From contig CALGII010000029.1 in NCBI GenBank assembly GCA_937915485.1, positions 1-25,748 of the forward strand: 25,748 nucleotides of DNA. The letters run 5' to 3'. The position numbers and the translations under genes were made by a program. Below the pieces are notes generated by a model that ran no database searches, was not told the origin of the DNA, and was given only the letters and a program-made list of their open reading frames with translations. Below, one piece after another: positions 16,428 through 24,875 of this stretch. Each line of letters begins with the position of its first letter. The stretch's first letter is position 1. The stretch is from an uncultured Ignavibacteriota bacterium (GTDB lineage: Bacteria > Bacteroidota > Ignavibacteria > Tepidaquicellales > Tepidaquicellaceae).

Positions 16428-17417
16428 TTATTTTATGTAACCTATTACGTGTGTTTTTTCTTTGCGTTTTTTCCAGTAAGCCGTGAATTTATCCGCCTCG
16501 GATTTCGCGATTATAACAATGAGACCGATGCCGAGATTGAAAGTCTTCCGCATATCGTTTTCGGGGACGTCACCTTTTTGCTTTATCACGCCGAACAATG
16601 CGGGGCGTTTCCAGGAATCCCAGTCGATAATAATTTCCATTCCTTTCGGAACGACGCGTTTCGTGTTTCCGATTATTCCGCCTCCAGTTATGTGAGATAT
16701 TGATTTAACTTTGAAATGCTTCAATGAATCCTGTATGATGTTCAGGTATGACCTGTGGACTCTGAGAAGTTCCGCGCCGAGCGTGCCTCTCAGACCTTTA
16801 AAGCGAAGTTTATAATCCTTATGGCGGAATATTTTCCTGACGAGCGAGTAGCCGTTAGTATGAAGTCCGTTCGATTCGAAACCGATAAGCACGTCTCCAC
16901 GTTTAACATTCGCGTGATTTACAATTTTTTTCTTATCAACGACGCCGACAATGGTTCCCGCGAGATCGAAGTCGCTTGCGCCGTAAACGCCCGGCATTTC
17001 CGCGGTTTCGCCTCCTATGAGTGACATTGAATTGTTACTGCATCCTCTAACGAGACCCCTGACTATGTTCACGGAATTTTCAACATGAAGTTTACCCGTC
17101 GCGTAATAATCGAGGAAGAAGAGGGGAACGGCTCCGCACACCGCGATATCGTTCACGCAGTGGTTAATCAAATCTTCGCCTACCGTATCGTACTTCCCGA
17201 GCATCGCGGCAATTTTCACTTTTGTCCCTACTCCGTCCGTGCTCGCTACGAAGACAGGATTGCGCGTGTTTTTAACGTTTAATTCGTAAAACGCGCCGAA
17301 ATTTCCGATGCCCGACAGAACATTTTTGCTGAAAGTGGTTTTTACCAACGGTTTAATTCTGTCTAAAAATGCATCTGCTTTTTGAATATTTACGCCTGAG
17401 GATTTATATGAAGTCAT
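16428..17417 (-). CDS. purM: Phosphoribosylformylglycinamidine cyclo-ligase (AIR synthetase)
   Basis: YKSSGVNI, DGVGTKVKIA, NDIAVCGA.PLFFLDY, GGETAEMPG and HITGGG. Start set to the second Met (MTSYKSSGV, 17417) rather than the track start at 17444, whose extension MGFICIFLF looks non-native. Confidence 0.92.
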   Translation of the reverse strand: MTSYKSSGVNIQKADAFLDRIKPLVKTTFSKNVLSGIGNFGAFYELNVKNTRNPVFVASTDGVGTKVKIAAMLGKYDTVGEDLINHCVNDIAVCGAVPLFFLDYYATGKLHVENSVNIVRGLVRGCSNNSMSLIGGETAEMPGVYGASDFDLAGTIVGVVDKKKIVNHANVKRGDVLIGFESNGLHTNGYSLVRKIFRHKDYKLRFKGLRGTLGAELLRVHRSYLNIIQDSLKHFKVKSISHITGGGIIGNTKRVVPKGMEIIIDWDSWKRPALFGVIKQKGDVPENDMRKTFNLGIGLIVIIAKSEADKFTAYWKKRKEKTHVIGYIK

Positions 17418-17529
17418 AAACAAAAATATGCATATAAAACCCATTTTTCAATTCATTTTGCGGGAAAAATACTGTGTTTAAACGGTTTAAAGCGTGTTTT
17501 GCTTTTTAGAAAATTTGATGCGGAAAGAA

Positions 17530-18318
17530 TCAGGCATTCTTGATGACAAGAACGAATTCCGCTTTTGGTTTTGAATCGCCGAAATGTTCATTGATATTTT
17601 TTTCGACTTCAGAAGGTGTGCCGCGGAAGTGCAATTCGTTTTCCGTTGAGAGATTGAGCGCGATGAAAATTTCACGTTCGGGCATTTTATCTTTGATGTC
17701 ATTTATGAGCGTCATCATTCTGTACGGCGTATCCATCAAAATAATAGGATGATTCATTGCCGAAAGTGAACCAAGTTCGAGCGAACGAACTTCCTTTTTC
17801 GGTGATAGGAATCCGTAGAAATAAAAACGGCTAATGTCAAATCCCGAAAGTACAACGGCTGATATTACCGAATTGGCTCCGTGAACGAACTCGAAAGGGA
17901 TTTTGTAATCGATGCAGAGTCGGACAAGTTTCAGTCCCGGATCGGCGAAGACGGGAGTGCCGCAATCGGAAACGAGGGAAATTGTTTTCCCGCCGAGCAA
18001 GTCCTTTATATATTCGCCCGCGGTTTCATTCTCGTTGTGCTCATCGAGCACTCGTAGTTCTTTTCTTATATCGAAGAACCTCAGCAGCCGCGATGTGATT
18101 TTAGTATCTTCGCAGATTATGTAATCGGAATTACTCAGAGCGTTCAACGCTCTTATAGTAATGTCGGAATAATCGCCGATAGGTGTGGAGACAAGATATA
18201 ATCTGCCTTTAGGTGAAGATGATGATAGAATATTTTCCGCATCCGTCAATACATCCGTTAAGACGGGAGTTTCGAAATCTTGAGGCCGGCGTTTCTTCTT
18301 ATTTCCCCGTGCTGCCAT
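17530..18318 (-). CDS. rsmI: 16S rRNA (cytidine1402-2'-O)-methyltransferase RsmI
   Basis: GRLYLVSTPIGDYSDITIRALNAL, YIICEDTK and GTPVFADPG. Has an unusual basic ~40-aa N-terminal extension. Overlaps dut by 20 nt. Confidence 0.88.
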   Translation of the reverse strand: MAARGNKKKRRPQDFETPVLTDVLTDAENILSSSSPKGRLYLVSTPIGDYSDITIRALNALSNSDYIICEDTKITSRLLRFFDIRKELRVLDEHNENETAGEYIKDLLGGKTISLVSDCGTPVFADPGLKLVRLCIDYKIPFEFVHGANSVISAVVLSGFDISRFYFYGFLSPKKEVRSLELGSLSAMNHPIILMDTPYRMMTLINDIKDKMPEREIFIALNLSTENELHFRGTPSEVEKNINEHFGDSKPKAEFVLVIKNA

Positions 18319-18739
18319 ATCCTCCGCTGCCTCTTTCGGTGTCGGTTATGTTGTCCGAAAATTTCAAGACTGCTTTCTCATATTTCGCAATAATCAACTG
18401 CGCAATTCTGTCACCGAAATTCACGGGAAAATCTTTCGTTCCGTGATTGACGAGAAGGACTTTTACTTCGCCCCTGTAATCCGAATCTATCGTGCCCGGC
18501 GAATTCAGAACAGTTATGCCGTGTTTCAGAGCGAGTCCGCTTCTGGGACGCACCTGACCTTCGTAACCTTTCGGTATCTCTATGAGAAGATTTGTCGGAA
18601 CGAGTTTTGCTTCACCCGGTTTTACGGTAATCAAATCTTTTGACGATGAAGAGAGATCCATACCCGCCGAGCCGTCGGTGGCGTAAGAGGGGATGACGCA
18701 GTCTTCTTCAGGATTATATTTCGTGAATTTTATTTCCAT
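18299..18739 (-). CDS. dut: dUTP diphosphatase
   Basis: Five dUTPase motifs: GSAGMDL, PRSGLALKHGI, GTIDSDYRGEV, RIAQL, ERGSGGYGSTG. Confidence 0.93.
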   Translation of the reverse strand: MEIKFTKYNPEEDCVIPSYATDGSAGMDLSSSSKDLITVKPGEAKLVPTNLLIEIPKGYEGQVRPRSGLALKHGITVLNSPGTIDSDYRGEVKVLLVNHGTKDFPVNFGDRIAQLIIAKYEKAVLKFSDNITDTERGSGGYGSTGK

Positions 18740-18741
18740 AT

Positions 18742-18771
18742 AAAAAAAGGCTGCCTGAAAAACCGGCAGCC
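18742..18771 (-). terminator. Intrinsic terminator after the DUF4190-like gene, abutting the dut start
   Basis: The minus strand reads GGCTGCC-GGTTTTTCA-GGCAGCC-TTTTTTT-AT-ATG. Stems at 18749-18755 and 18765-18771, about 20 nt after the TGA stop at 18791-18793. Confidence 0.75.
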
Positions 18772-18790
18772 GTTTAGAAAATCTTTTTTA

Positions 18791-19159
18791 TCAACTGTTA
18801 ATTGCACTTCCAAGCACTCCAAGCGCGAGCATTATAACTACGACTATTATAGCGAGAATTCCGAGAATAACCTGTATAATACCGAGCCACATACCGACTT
18901 GCGCCATCGTTTTACCCGCCGGGTCGGATTGTCCTGCATTGATTGCATTCACTTCCTTTTTACCGATTATCCAGGCAGGAATCGCCGCAAAAATTCCACA
19001 TGCTACCCATGACAAAATACCGAGCACGAGCGCCCAGATCGCGTTGCTGCTTGCCTTGCCGGAAGAAACCGGACTGCCGCCCATCGGAGGGGGAGGAGGA
19101 GGCGGAGGTGGAGGCGCGAAGCCTGTTCCGCTGTCCTGAAAATGTAAATTATTATTCAT
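18791..19159 (-). CDS. Small membrane protein, DUF4190-like, with an N-terminal poly-proline tract
   Basis: 122 aa. P10 run (residues ~16-25), then two hydrophobic hairpin segments (IWALVLGILSWVACGIFAAIPAWIIGKKE and VGMWLGIIQVILGILAIIVVVIMLALGVL) that resemble the DUF4190 architecture. Confidence 0.55.
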   Translation of the reverse strand: MNNNLHFQDSGTGFAPPPPPPPPPPMGGSPVSSGKASSNAIWALVLGILSWVACGIFAAIPAWIIGKKEVNAINAGQSDPAGKTMAQVGMWLGIIQVILGILAIIVVVIMLALGVLGSAINS

Positions 19160-19247
19160 AGCATTCGATTAAGTTTAAAGGTGTTCTAATATAAAATAAA
19201 AAATAAAGTTATTCAAGTTTGATAGAAATCAGATGTTTATCAGTGTA

Positions 19248-20018
19248 TCATTTAAAAATTCCCGGGAAAACTATTTCCGTATTCTTTCTAAGTTGCGCAA
19301 TCAATTCCTCTTCTCCTATATTTTTAATTTTCGATATTTTCTTTATTGTATCGACAACATAGGCGGGCTGATTCTTCTTGCCTCTATGGGGCATCGGCGC
19401 GAGAAAAGGGGAATCGGTTTCGGAAAGCATTTTCCCGACGGGTGTCTTTTCCACGAGCCCGATGCCTTCGAATTTTTTATAAGTGATGTTGCCGCAGTAA
19501 GAAACGAAGAAACCTTCGCAGGAAATTACTTTTTCAAGTTCATCTTCCGTTCCGGAGAAGCAATGAAATTGCGCCTTGACTTTTCCTCGGTAGCCGTTGA
19601 TGATTTCGATCGAGTCCGCGACGGAATCCCGCGTATGAATTATAACGGGAAGACCGTGTTTCACGGCGAGTTCGAGATGTAAACTGAAAAATTCCTTTTG
19701 TTTTTCGATGTAAGTTTTATCCCAGTAATAATCGAGACCTGTTTCGCCGATTCCGACGACTTTGTTTTCTTTAAGCAGGGTTTCGAGTTTAAGAAATTCC
19801 GATTCATCCATATCCTTAATATCGCCCGGATGGAAGCCCAGAGCGGCATAGAGCATTTCATATTTTGATGTAAGTTCAAGAATAACATCGCATGTTCTTA
19901 AATCAACGGCGGGAATAATGATTTTTTCAACGCCTGCCTTCGAAGCGTTATCGATAATTTCATCTATGTTATCGAGAATCTCGGGGAAATAAAAATGCGC
20001 GTGCGTATCAATAATCAT
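19248..20018 (-). CDS. tatD: TatD-family metal-dependent hydrolase (DNase)
   Basis: MIIDTHAH start, GETGLDYYW, IIHTRDS, FSGT and SETDSPFLAP. Confidence 0.9.
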   Translation of the reverse strand: MIIDTHAHFYFPEILDNIDEIIDNASKAGVEKIIIPAVDLRTCDVILELTSKYEMLYAALGFHPGDIKDMDESEFLKLETLLKENKVVGIGETGLDYYWDKTYIEKQKEFFSLHLELAVKHGLPVIIHTRDSVADSIEIINGYRGKVKAQFHCFSGTEDELEKVISCEGFFVSYCGNITYKKFEGIGLVEKTPVGKMLSETDSPFLAPMPHRGKKNQPAYVVDTIKKISKIKNIGEEELIAQLRKNTEIVFPGIFK

Positions 20019-20706
20019 CTATGAGTCTCTTTAAGTATTCGGAAAACCTTTTATACGCTTTCGCTCCCGCTTCGACGACTTCATCGTGTGTGACGGTAAC
20101 GGGCATACCCGAGAACAACCTGTTCGTGATGCAGGATATTCCGAGCGTGCTTATTCCGAGTTCGTGAGCCCTCAGCAGGTCCGGTATTGTAGACATTCCC
20201 GCGGCGTCGGCGCCCGTTCTTTTCAGGAAAGCGATTTCGGAACGTGTTTCATAAACAGGTCCCGTTGAGGCGATGTAACAGCCTTCGAAAACCTTCAGGT
20301 TGTTTCTGACGGCGCATTCCCGCGCCCATTTAATTACTTCATCACCGCTAAACCGTATGGGTTTTTGCACAAGACGTTTACCGAAAAAATTTATGTGCGA
20401 CTTTATGAGCATTAAATCGGCGACCTTATACAAAGGATTAAGGCCGCCCGCCGCGTTCGTAATAATAAGAAAATCCAGATTGAGGTCTTTCGCGAGATTA
20501 ACGTTCCTGTAAACTTTTTCCCGTGAATACGTTTCATAAAAATGGTTCCTGCCTGTAAACAAAAATACAGGTTTGCCGTTTATTTTTCCTTCAATGACCG
20601 ATTTCTTATGAATTCCTCCGAGTTCGGAATAAATCACGTCTGGATTTTCAAGTTCCTTCGTGAAACCCGACAGCCCCGAGCCCAATATTACACCAATTTT
20701 CCACAT
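20008..20706 (-). CDS. Purine nucleoside phosphorylase family protein (trimeric PNP/MTAP class), short divergent form
   Basis: GVILGSGLSGF, TGRNHFYE, ITNAAGGLN, GPVYETRSE, GMSTIPD and SCITN. At 232 aa it lacks the usual ~25-aa N-terminal helix, and no alternative upstream start exists before the in-frame stop at 20806-20808. Confidence 0.75.
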   Translation of the reverse strand: MWKIGVILGSGLSGFTKELENPDVIYSELGGIHKKSVIEGKINGKPVFLFTGRNHFYETYSREKVYRNVNLAKDLNLDFLIITNAAGGLNPLYKVADLMLIKSHINFFGKRLVQKPIRFSGDEVIKWARECAVRNNLKVFEGCYIASTGPVYETRSEIAFLKRTGADAAGMSTIPDLLRAHELGISTLGISCITNRLFSGMPVTVTHDEVVEAGAKAYKRFSEYLKRLIDDY

Positions 20707-20816
20707 TTCTTGAAAATAATGAAAATCTGTCTTATTTTTAAGCCAGAATTCATTTTTAAGGAAATTCCTTGCTAATGAAAAGTAATATTTGAATTCAAAT
20801 TGACGTTAACTTTTAA

Positions 20817-20824
20817 TATATTTG
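20817..20824 (+). promoter_or_regulatory. Candidate Bacteroidota-type -7 promoter element (TAnnTTTG)
   Basis: TATATTTG lies 32 nt upstream of ATG 20856. A possible -33-like TTG sits at 20790-20792. This is a single motif match in AT-rich DNA, so support is weak. Confidence 0.3.
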
Positions 20825-20855
20825 TACAGTTAGATATTTTAATAAAATGAATTAA

Positions 20856-21341
20856 ATGGGAACAAAATATCTAATAGAGAAATCGAAGGAATATTTCGAG
20901 ACGGGATACCGTCTTCACATTGACGGAAATTACGACGAAGCGATTTCGTTTTACGAAAAATCGCTTGAGGCGTTTCCGACAGCGGAGACATACACGTTTC
21001 TCGGCTGGAGCCTCAGCATGAAAGGGGAATATGAAAAGGCTATAGATGAGTGCAAGAAAGCCGTTGAAATAGACCCTGAATACGGAAATCCGTATAACGA
21101 CATAGGCGCGTATCTTATTAATCTTGAGCAGTACGAGGAGGCAATCGCCTGGCTCGAACTCGCGCTTAAGGCGGAGAAATATACGAGCAAGGAATTCGCG
21201 CATTATAATCTGGGAGTCGTTTACGAAAAACTCGGTTTATGGTTCGAGGCATTGGCTGAATACAGTAAGGCGTATGAATTGAATCAGGGCTACATAATTG
21301 CGGAAAAAAGCCGCGAACGTCTTCAATCAAAAATGAATTAA
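20856..21341 (+). CDS. Cytoplasmic TPR-repeat protein
   Basis: 161 aa with 3-4 TPR units (YDEAISFYEKSLEAFP, YEKAIDECKKAVEIDPEY, YEEAIAWLELALKA, WFEALAEYSKAYELN). Confidence 0.7.
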   Translation: MGTKYLIEKSKEYFETGYRLHIDGNYDEAISFYEKSLEAFPTAETYTFLGWSLSMKGEYEKAIDECKKAVEIDPEYGNPYNDIGAYLINLEQYEEAIAWLELALKAEKYTSKEFAHYNLGVVYEKLGLWFEALAEYSKAYELNQGYIIAEKSRERLQSKMN

Positions 21342-21363
21342 TTTCATAAATAAAAAAAGTAAA

Positions 21364-22104
21364 ATGAAAAAAGTAATCCCCTTGTTATTGGTCTTATTTG
21401 TCTTTGCGGGAATCGCGCAGAGTCAGTCATTTCAGTTTTACAGGGTATCTCCTCCGACAGTATATGGAGACACTTCATCCATTATGCCCGCTGTAACAGT
21501 CGCGTATTTCAAGAATCTTTCTTCAGGAAATCAGAATTACAAGTTCATCAGGGTCGTTAACAATCTGCCGGATACCACATGGTCAAGCAGTATGTGTGTT
21601 CAGTTCTGTTATAGTTCCGAAGTAAGTGAAATACCGCCTTTAGGCGCTCCTCCAATTTCACTTCCGCCAAACGGTCAGGACAGTCTCCTTATTGACGTAA
21701 TAGGACCTACGCCGGGTCTTGCAACGATTGTGATAAAATGTTTTGTCGAAACCAATCCGAGCAATTTTATTACAGATACATTCCGCGTACAAATGGGTAC
21801 AGTCGGGATAAGACAGATTTCGACTGTTGTTGACGGATACGAACTCGGGCAGAATTATCCCAATCCGTTCAACCCCGTAACAAAGATTAATTTTTCAGTT
21901 CCCAAATCGGAAAAGGTGTCGCTGAAAGTTTATGACATACTCGGAAACGAAGTCGCCGACCTTATTCCTTATAAAGTCGCCGCACCTGGTTCTTATTCGG
22001 TTGAATTTGACGCGAATTCCTACAAACTCTCTTCGGGAATTTATTATTACACACTGAGAGCAGGAAATTTCGTATCAACCAAGAAAATGATTCTCGTAAA
22101 ATAA
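21364..22104 (+). CDS. Secreted protein with a type-A T9SS C-terminal sorting domain; function unknown
   Basis: Signal peptide MKKVIPLLLVLFVFAGIAQS|Q, and CTD YELGQNYPNPFNPVTKINF...KVYDILGNEV...LSSGIYYYTL...ILVK. Confidence 0.8.
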   Translation: MKKVIPLLLVLFVFAGIAQSQSFQFYRVSPPTVYGDTSSIMPAVTVAYFKNLSSGNQNYKFIRVVNNLPDTTWSSSMCVQFCYSSEVSEIPPLGAPPISLPPNGQDSLLIDVIGPTPGLATIVIKCFVETNPSNFITDTFRVQMGTVGIRQISTVVDGYELGQNYPNPFNPVTKINFSVPKSEKVSLKVYDILGNEVADLIPYKVAAPGSYSVEFDANSYKLSSGIYYYTLRAGNFVSTKKMILVK

Positions 22105-22115
22105 AATTTTACTGA

Positions 22116-22156
22116 AATAATCGTTCTCTATGCATTGCGGGGAACGATTATTTTAT
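22116..22156 (+). terminator. Intrinsic terminator
   Basis: 11-bp stem AATAATCGTTC (22116-22126) / GAACGATTATT (22142-22152) followed by a T-run. Confidence 0.6.
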
Positions 22157-22190
22157 ATACTCAATTATATTGAAAAAAGACACAGTCTGA

Positions 22191-22682
22191 ATGGATTACA
22201 TTAAGTACAAGGACTTAACATTGCTCGAAAAGACGTATCTGCCTCAGATAGCGAAAGGACTGGCTTTGACGCTTCAACAGGTTTTCCGCCCGAAATTCAC
22301 GAGGCAGTATCCTGAAGAGAAGTGGGACGCCCCCGCGAGTTTCAGAGGAAGGCCTGTGCTCGTGCAGGAGGACAACGGCGTTGAAAGGTGCGTTGCCTGC
22401 GGGCTATGCTCACGCGTATGTCCCGCGCTGGCTATCGAAGTTCAGGCGAGCGAGACTGAACTTGAGAAAGAGCGTTACCCCGAAAAGTTCGAGATAAACA
22501 TGGTTAGATGCATATTCTGCGGGTTCTGCGAGGAAGTCTGCCCTGAAGAGGCTATCGTAATGAGCAATGAATATGAACTAGTATTCACTTCTCAGAATGA
22601 AGCGGTGTTCGGCAAAGATAAACTGCTCGTGCCGCGGAAGAATCTCGAGAGCAGGCTTAAGTTCCTGAAAGAAAAAAGATAA
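22191..22682 (+). CDS. nuoI: NADH-quinone oxidoreductase subunit I-like 2x[4Fe-4S] ferredoxin (isolated from other nuo genes)
   Basis: NuoI-type N-terminus (...[21 protein letters not shown]...) plus two clusters, [12 protein letters not shown] and [12 protein letters not shown]. No nuoH or nuoJ neighbours. Confidence 0.75.
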   Translation: MDYIKYKDLTLLEKTYLPQIAKGLALTLQQVFRPKFTRQYPEEKWDAPASFRGRPVLVQEDNGVERCVACGLCSRVCPALAIEVQASETELEKERYPEKFEINMVRCIFCGFCEEVCPEEAIVMSNEYELVFTSQNEAVFGKDKLLVPRKNLESRLKFLKEKR

Positions 22683-22691
22683 TACTAAACT

Positions 22692-23990
22692 TTGAAATCG
22701 ATAATATTCGATATACTTATCGTAAGCATTCTGATAATCCTGAACGCGTTGTTTGTAGCCGCTGAGTTCGCGTTCGTGAAGGTCAGAAAATCCGAAATTG
22801 AGACCGATGAAGAGGTAAAAGATACTATCCGGATAAAAAACCTCCGTATCGTAAAGGACAATCTAGACAAGTACGTTTCAGCGGCGCAGTTAGGCATTAC
22901 GCTTATAAACGTGCTGCTCGGCTGGATAGGCGAGCAGTCTCTTTCAAAAATATTTCTGCCTCTCTTACAATTCACAGGGCTGTCTTCGGATATAAACTCA
23001 ACTGCTGCTTCAATCTGCGGCGTGCTTCTGATAACGTTCATAACGGTCGTTTTCAGCGAGCAGGCTCCGAAAATGATTGCCATACAGTATCCGATGGAAA
23101 TGTCGTCCTGGCTTTCGTTTCCGATGAGGCTTTTTTATAAGGTGTTCAAGCCTCTTATTCTCTTGCTTAATTATACTGCAAACGGCATAATTAAGTTGAT
23201 TGGACTGAAGACTGTCACGAAAGACGACATAATACATTCGGAAGAGGAAATCAGGTATCTGATTTCCGAAGGAAGAAAGACGGGCATAATCGATTCAACC
23301 GAACACCAGTTGATAGAAAAGATTTTTGACTTTAATGATAAACTTGCAAGGGATATTATGGTACCTCGCAACGGAATTTTCGCGATAAACATAATCGAAG
23401 AACGCGACAAGATTATCAGGAAGGTAATCGACGAGGGGTTTTCAAGAATACCCGTTTACAAGGACAGCATTGATAACATAATCGGGATAATTTATTCCAA
23501 GGACCTTATCAGCGCGGCGGAGCACAGGGAATTGATAGTACTGTCGGATATTTTACGACCGGCGTTTTTTGTTCCCGAGACGAAACGCATCGGTGAAATT
23601 CTTAAAGAATATCAGAAGAAAAGAATACACCTTGGAATAGTCGTGAACGAGCACGGAAGCGTCGAGGGGATTGTTACGCTCGAAGACATAATTGAAGAGA
23701 TAGTCGGAGAAATCGAGGATGAGTACGACATAGAAACAAGGACCGTGCAGAAGGACAAACTCGGAATATTTCTCGTGAATCCCGAGATAGGAATTGCGGA
23801 GTTCAATCAGCGGTTTTCCACTGATGTTCCGGTTGACAACGACGATTACCACACGCTAAGCGGTTTTCTTCAGACTGTAACGGGGCACATTCCTGACATA
23901 TACGAACGCATAGATTACAAGGGGTTAATTTTTACGGTTACAAAAAAGTCGGGCAACAAACTATTGCAGATAAAAGTACAAAGATTATAA
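22692..23990 (+). CDS. CNNM/DUF21-CBS-CorC_HlyC family transporter ('hemolysin family protein')
   Basis: TTG start. N-terminal DUF21 TM domain (LNALFVAAEFAFVKVR), a CBS pair (IMVPRNGIF... and RIHLGIVVNEHGSVEGIVTLEDIIEEIVGEIEDEYD), and a C-terminal CorC/HlyC domain. Confidence 0.88.
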   Translation: MKSIIFDILIVSILIILNALFVAAEFAFVKVRKSEIETDEEVKDTIRIKNLRIVKDNLDKYVSAAQLGITLINVLLGWIGEQSLSKIFLPLLQFTGLSSDINSTAASICGVLLITFITVVFSEQAPKMIAIQYPMEMSSWLSFPMRLFYKVFKPLILLLNYTANGIIKLIGLKTVTKDDIIHSEEEIRYLISEGRKTGIIDSTEHQLIEKIFDFNDKLARDIMVPRNGIFAINIIEERDKIIRKVIDEGFSRIPVYKDSIDNIIGIIYSKDLISAAEHRELIVLSDILRPAFFVPETKRIGEILKEYQKKRIHLGIVVNEHGSVEGIVTLEDIIEEIVGEIEDEYDIETRTVQKDKLGIFLVNPEIGIAEFNQRFSTDVPVDNDDYHTLSGFLQTVTGHIPDIYERIDYKGLIFTVTKKSGNKLLQIKVQRL

Positions 23991-24001
23991 AATAAGATAA
24001 C

Positions 24002-24766
24002 GTGTTTAAATTAATTTTAAGAAAAGTATATACTTTCTTCAAGGACATTGAAGATTACTTCCGTTTGTTGAGGGGATTAATATTTAATCTTCCGAATTTA
24101 TTCAGGGACAGGAAACTTATTTTCGACCAGATGGTTCACATCGGCGTCAATTCGCTGGTACTCATATCAATCATCGGTTTGTTTACCGGCGCCGTAACCG
24201 CGTGGCAGGGCGCATATCAAATGAAGGGATTCGCGCCTTTAAGCATACTGGGTTCGGCGACGCCGAGAGCGATAATGATAGAACTCGGTCCGGTACTCGC
24301 CGCGATTGTTCTCGCGGGAAGGGTAGGGGCTTCGATAAGCGCCGAAATCGGGACGATGAAAGTGACGGAGCAGATTGACGCGCTCGAAGCAATGGCAATT
24401 AATCCCGTCAGGTATCTGGCAATGCCGAGAATCGTAGCGACGACGTTCATGCTTCCGGTTCTGGTAATCTACGCGAGCGCAATCGCAATATTCGGTGCGT
24501 ATCTCGTATCGATGCTTTTTCTTGAAGTTCCGGGAGGAGTTTTCATAAACGGTTTCAGGAGGTCATTCGCTCTCAAGGATGTGAATGCGGGTTTCATTAA
24601 AGCGCTTTTCTTCGGATTTACAATTTCTTCAATCGGCTGTTATGTCGGATTCAAGACGACGGGCGGAGCGGAAGGCGTCGGCAACTCGACGATTAAGTCT
24701 TTCGTTATATGCGCGGCGATGATTCTTATACTTGATGCTTTATTATGGAATTTCCTTATTGGATAA
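24002..24766 (+). CDS. mlaE: MlaE/YrbE-family ABC transporter permease
   Basis: GTG start. The block GPVLAAIVLAGRVGASISAEIGTMKVTEQIDALEAMAINPVRYL is the MlaE signature region. Confidence 0.85.
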   Translation: MFKLILRKVYTFFKDIEDYFRLLRGLIFNLPNLFRDRKLIFDQMVHIGVNSLVLISIIGLFTGAVTAWQGAYQMKGFAPLSILGSATPRAIMIELGPVLAAIVLAGRVGASISAEIGTMKVTEQIDALEAMAINPVRYLAMPRIVATTFMLPVLVIYASAIAIFGAYLVSMLFLEVPGGVFINGFRRSFALKDVNAGFIKALFFGFTISSIGCYVGFKTTGGAEGVGNSTIKSFVICAAMILILDALLWNFLIG

Positions 24767-24787
24767 TTGTTTGTAAATTGAATATCC

Positions 24788-24861
24788 GGGCAATTGGCAC
24801 AGCTGGTTAGCGCGCATCCTTCACACGGATGAGGTCACTGGTTCGAATCCAGTATTGCCCA
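24788..24861 (+). tRNA. tRNA-Val (anticodon CAC)
   Basis: Hand-folded cloverleaf. Acceptor GGGCAAT / ATTGCCC. Anticodon stem CATCC / GGATG with loop TTCACAC (CAC at 24822-24824). 5-nt variable loop. T-arm ACTGG-TTCGAAT-CCAGT. Discriminator A. No encoded CCA. One A-C mismatch in the D-stem. Confidence 0.9.
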
Positions 24862-24875
24862 CTTTTTTTACACGC

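Noticed and set aside
15918-16703. 261-aa ORF antisense to lat and purM (also 15309..15896)
   Set aside because: It spans the lat/purM intergenic gap on the wrong strand and overlaps two confidently identified genes. It shows no domain signatures.
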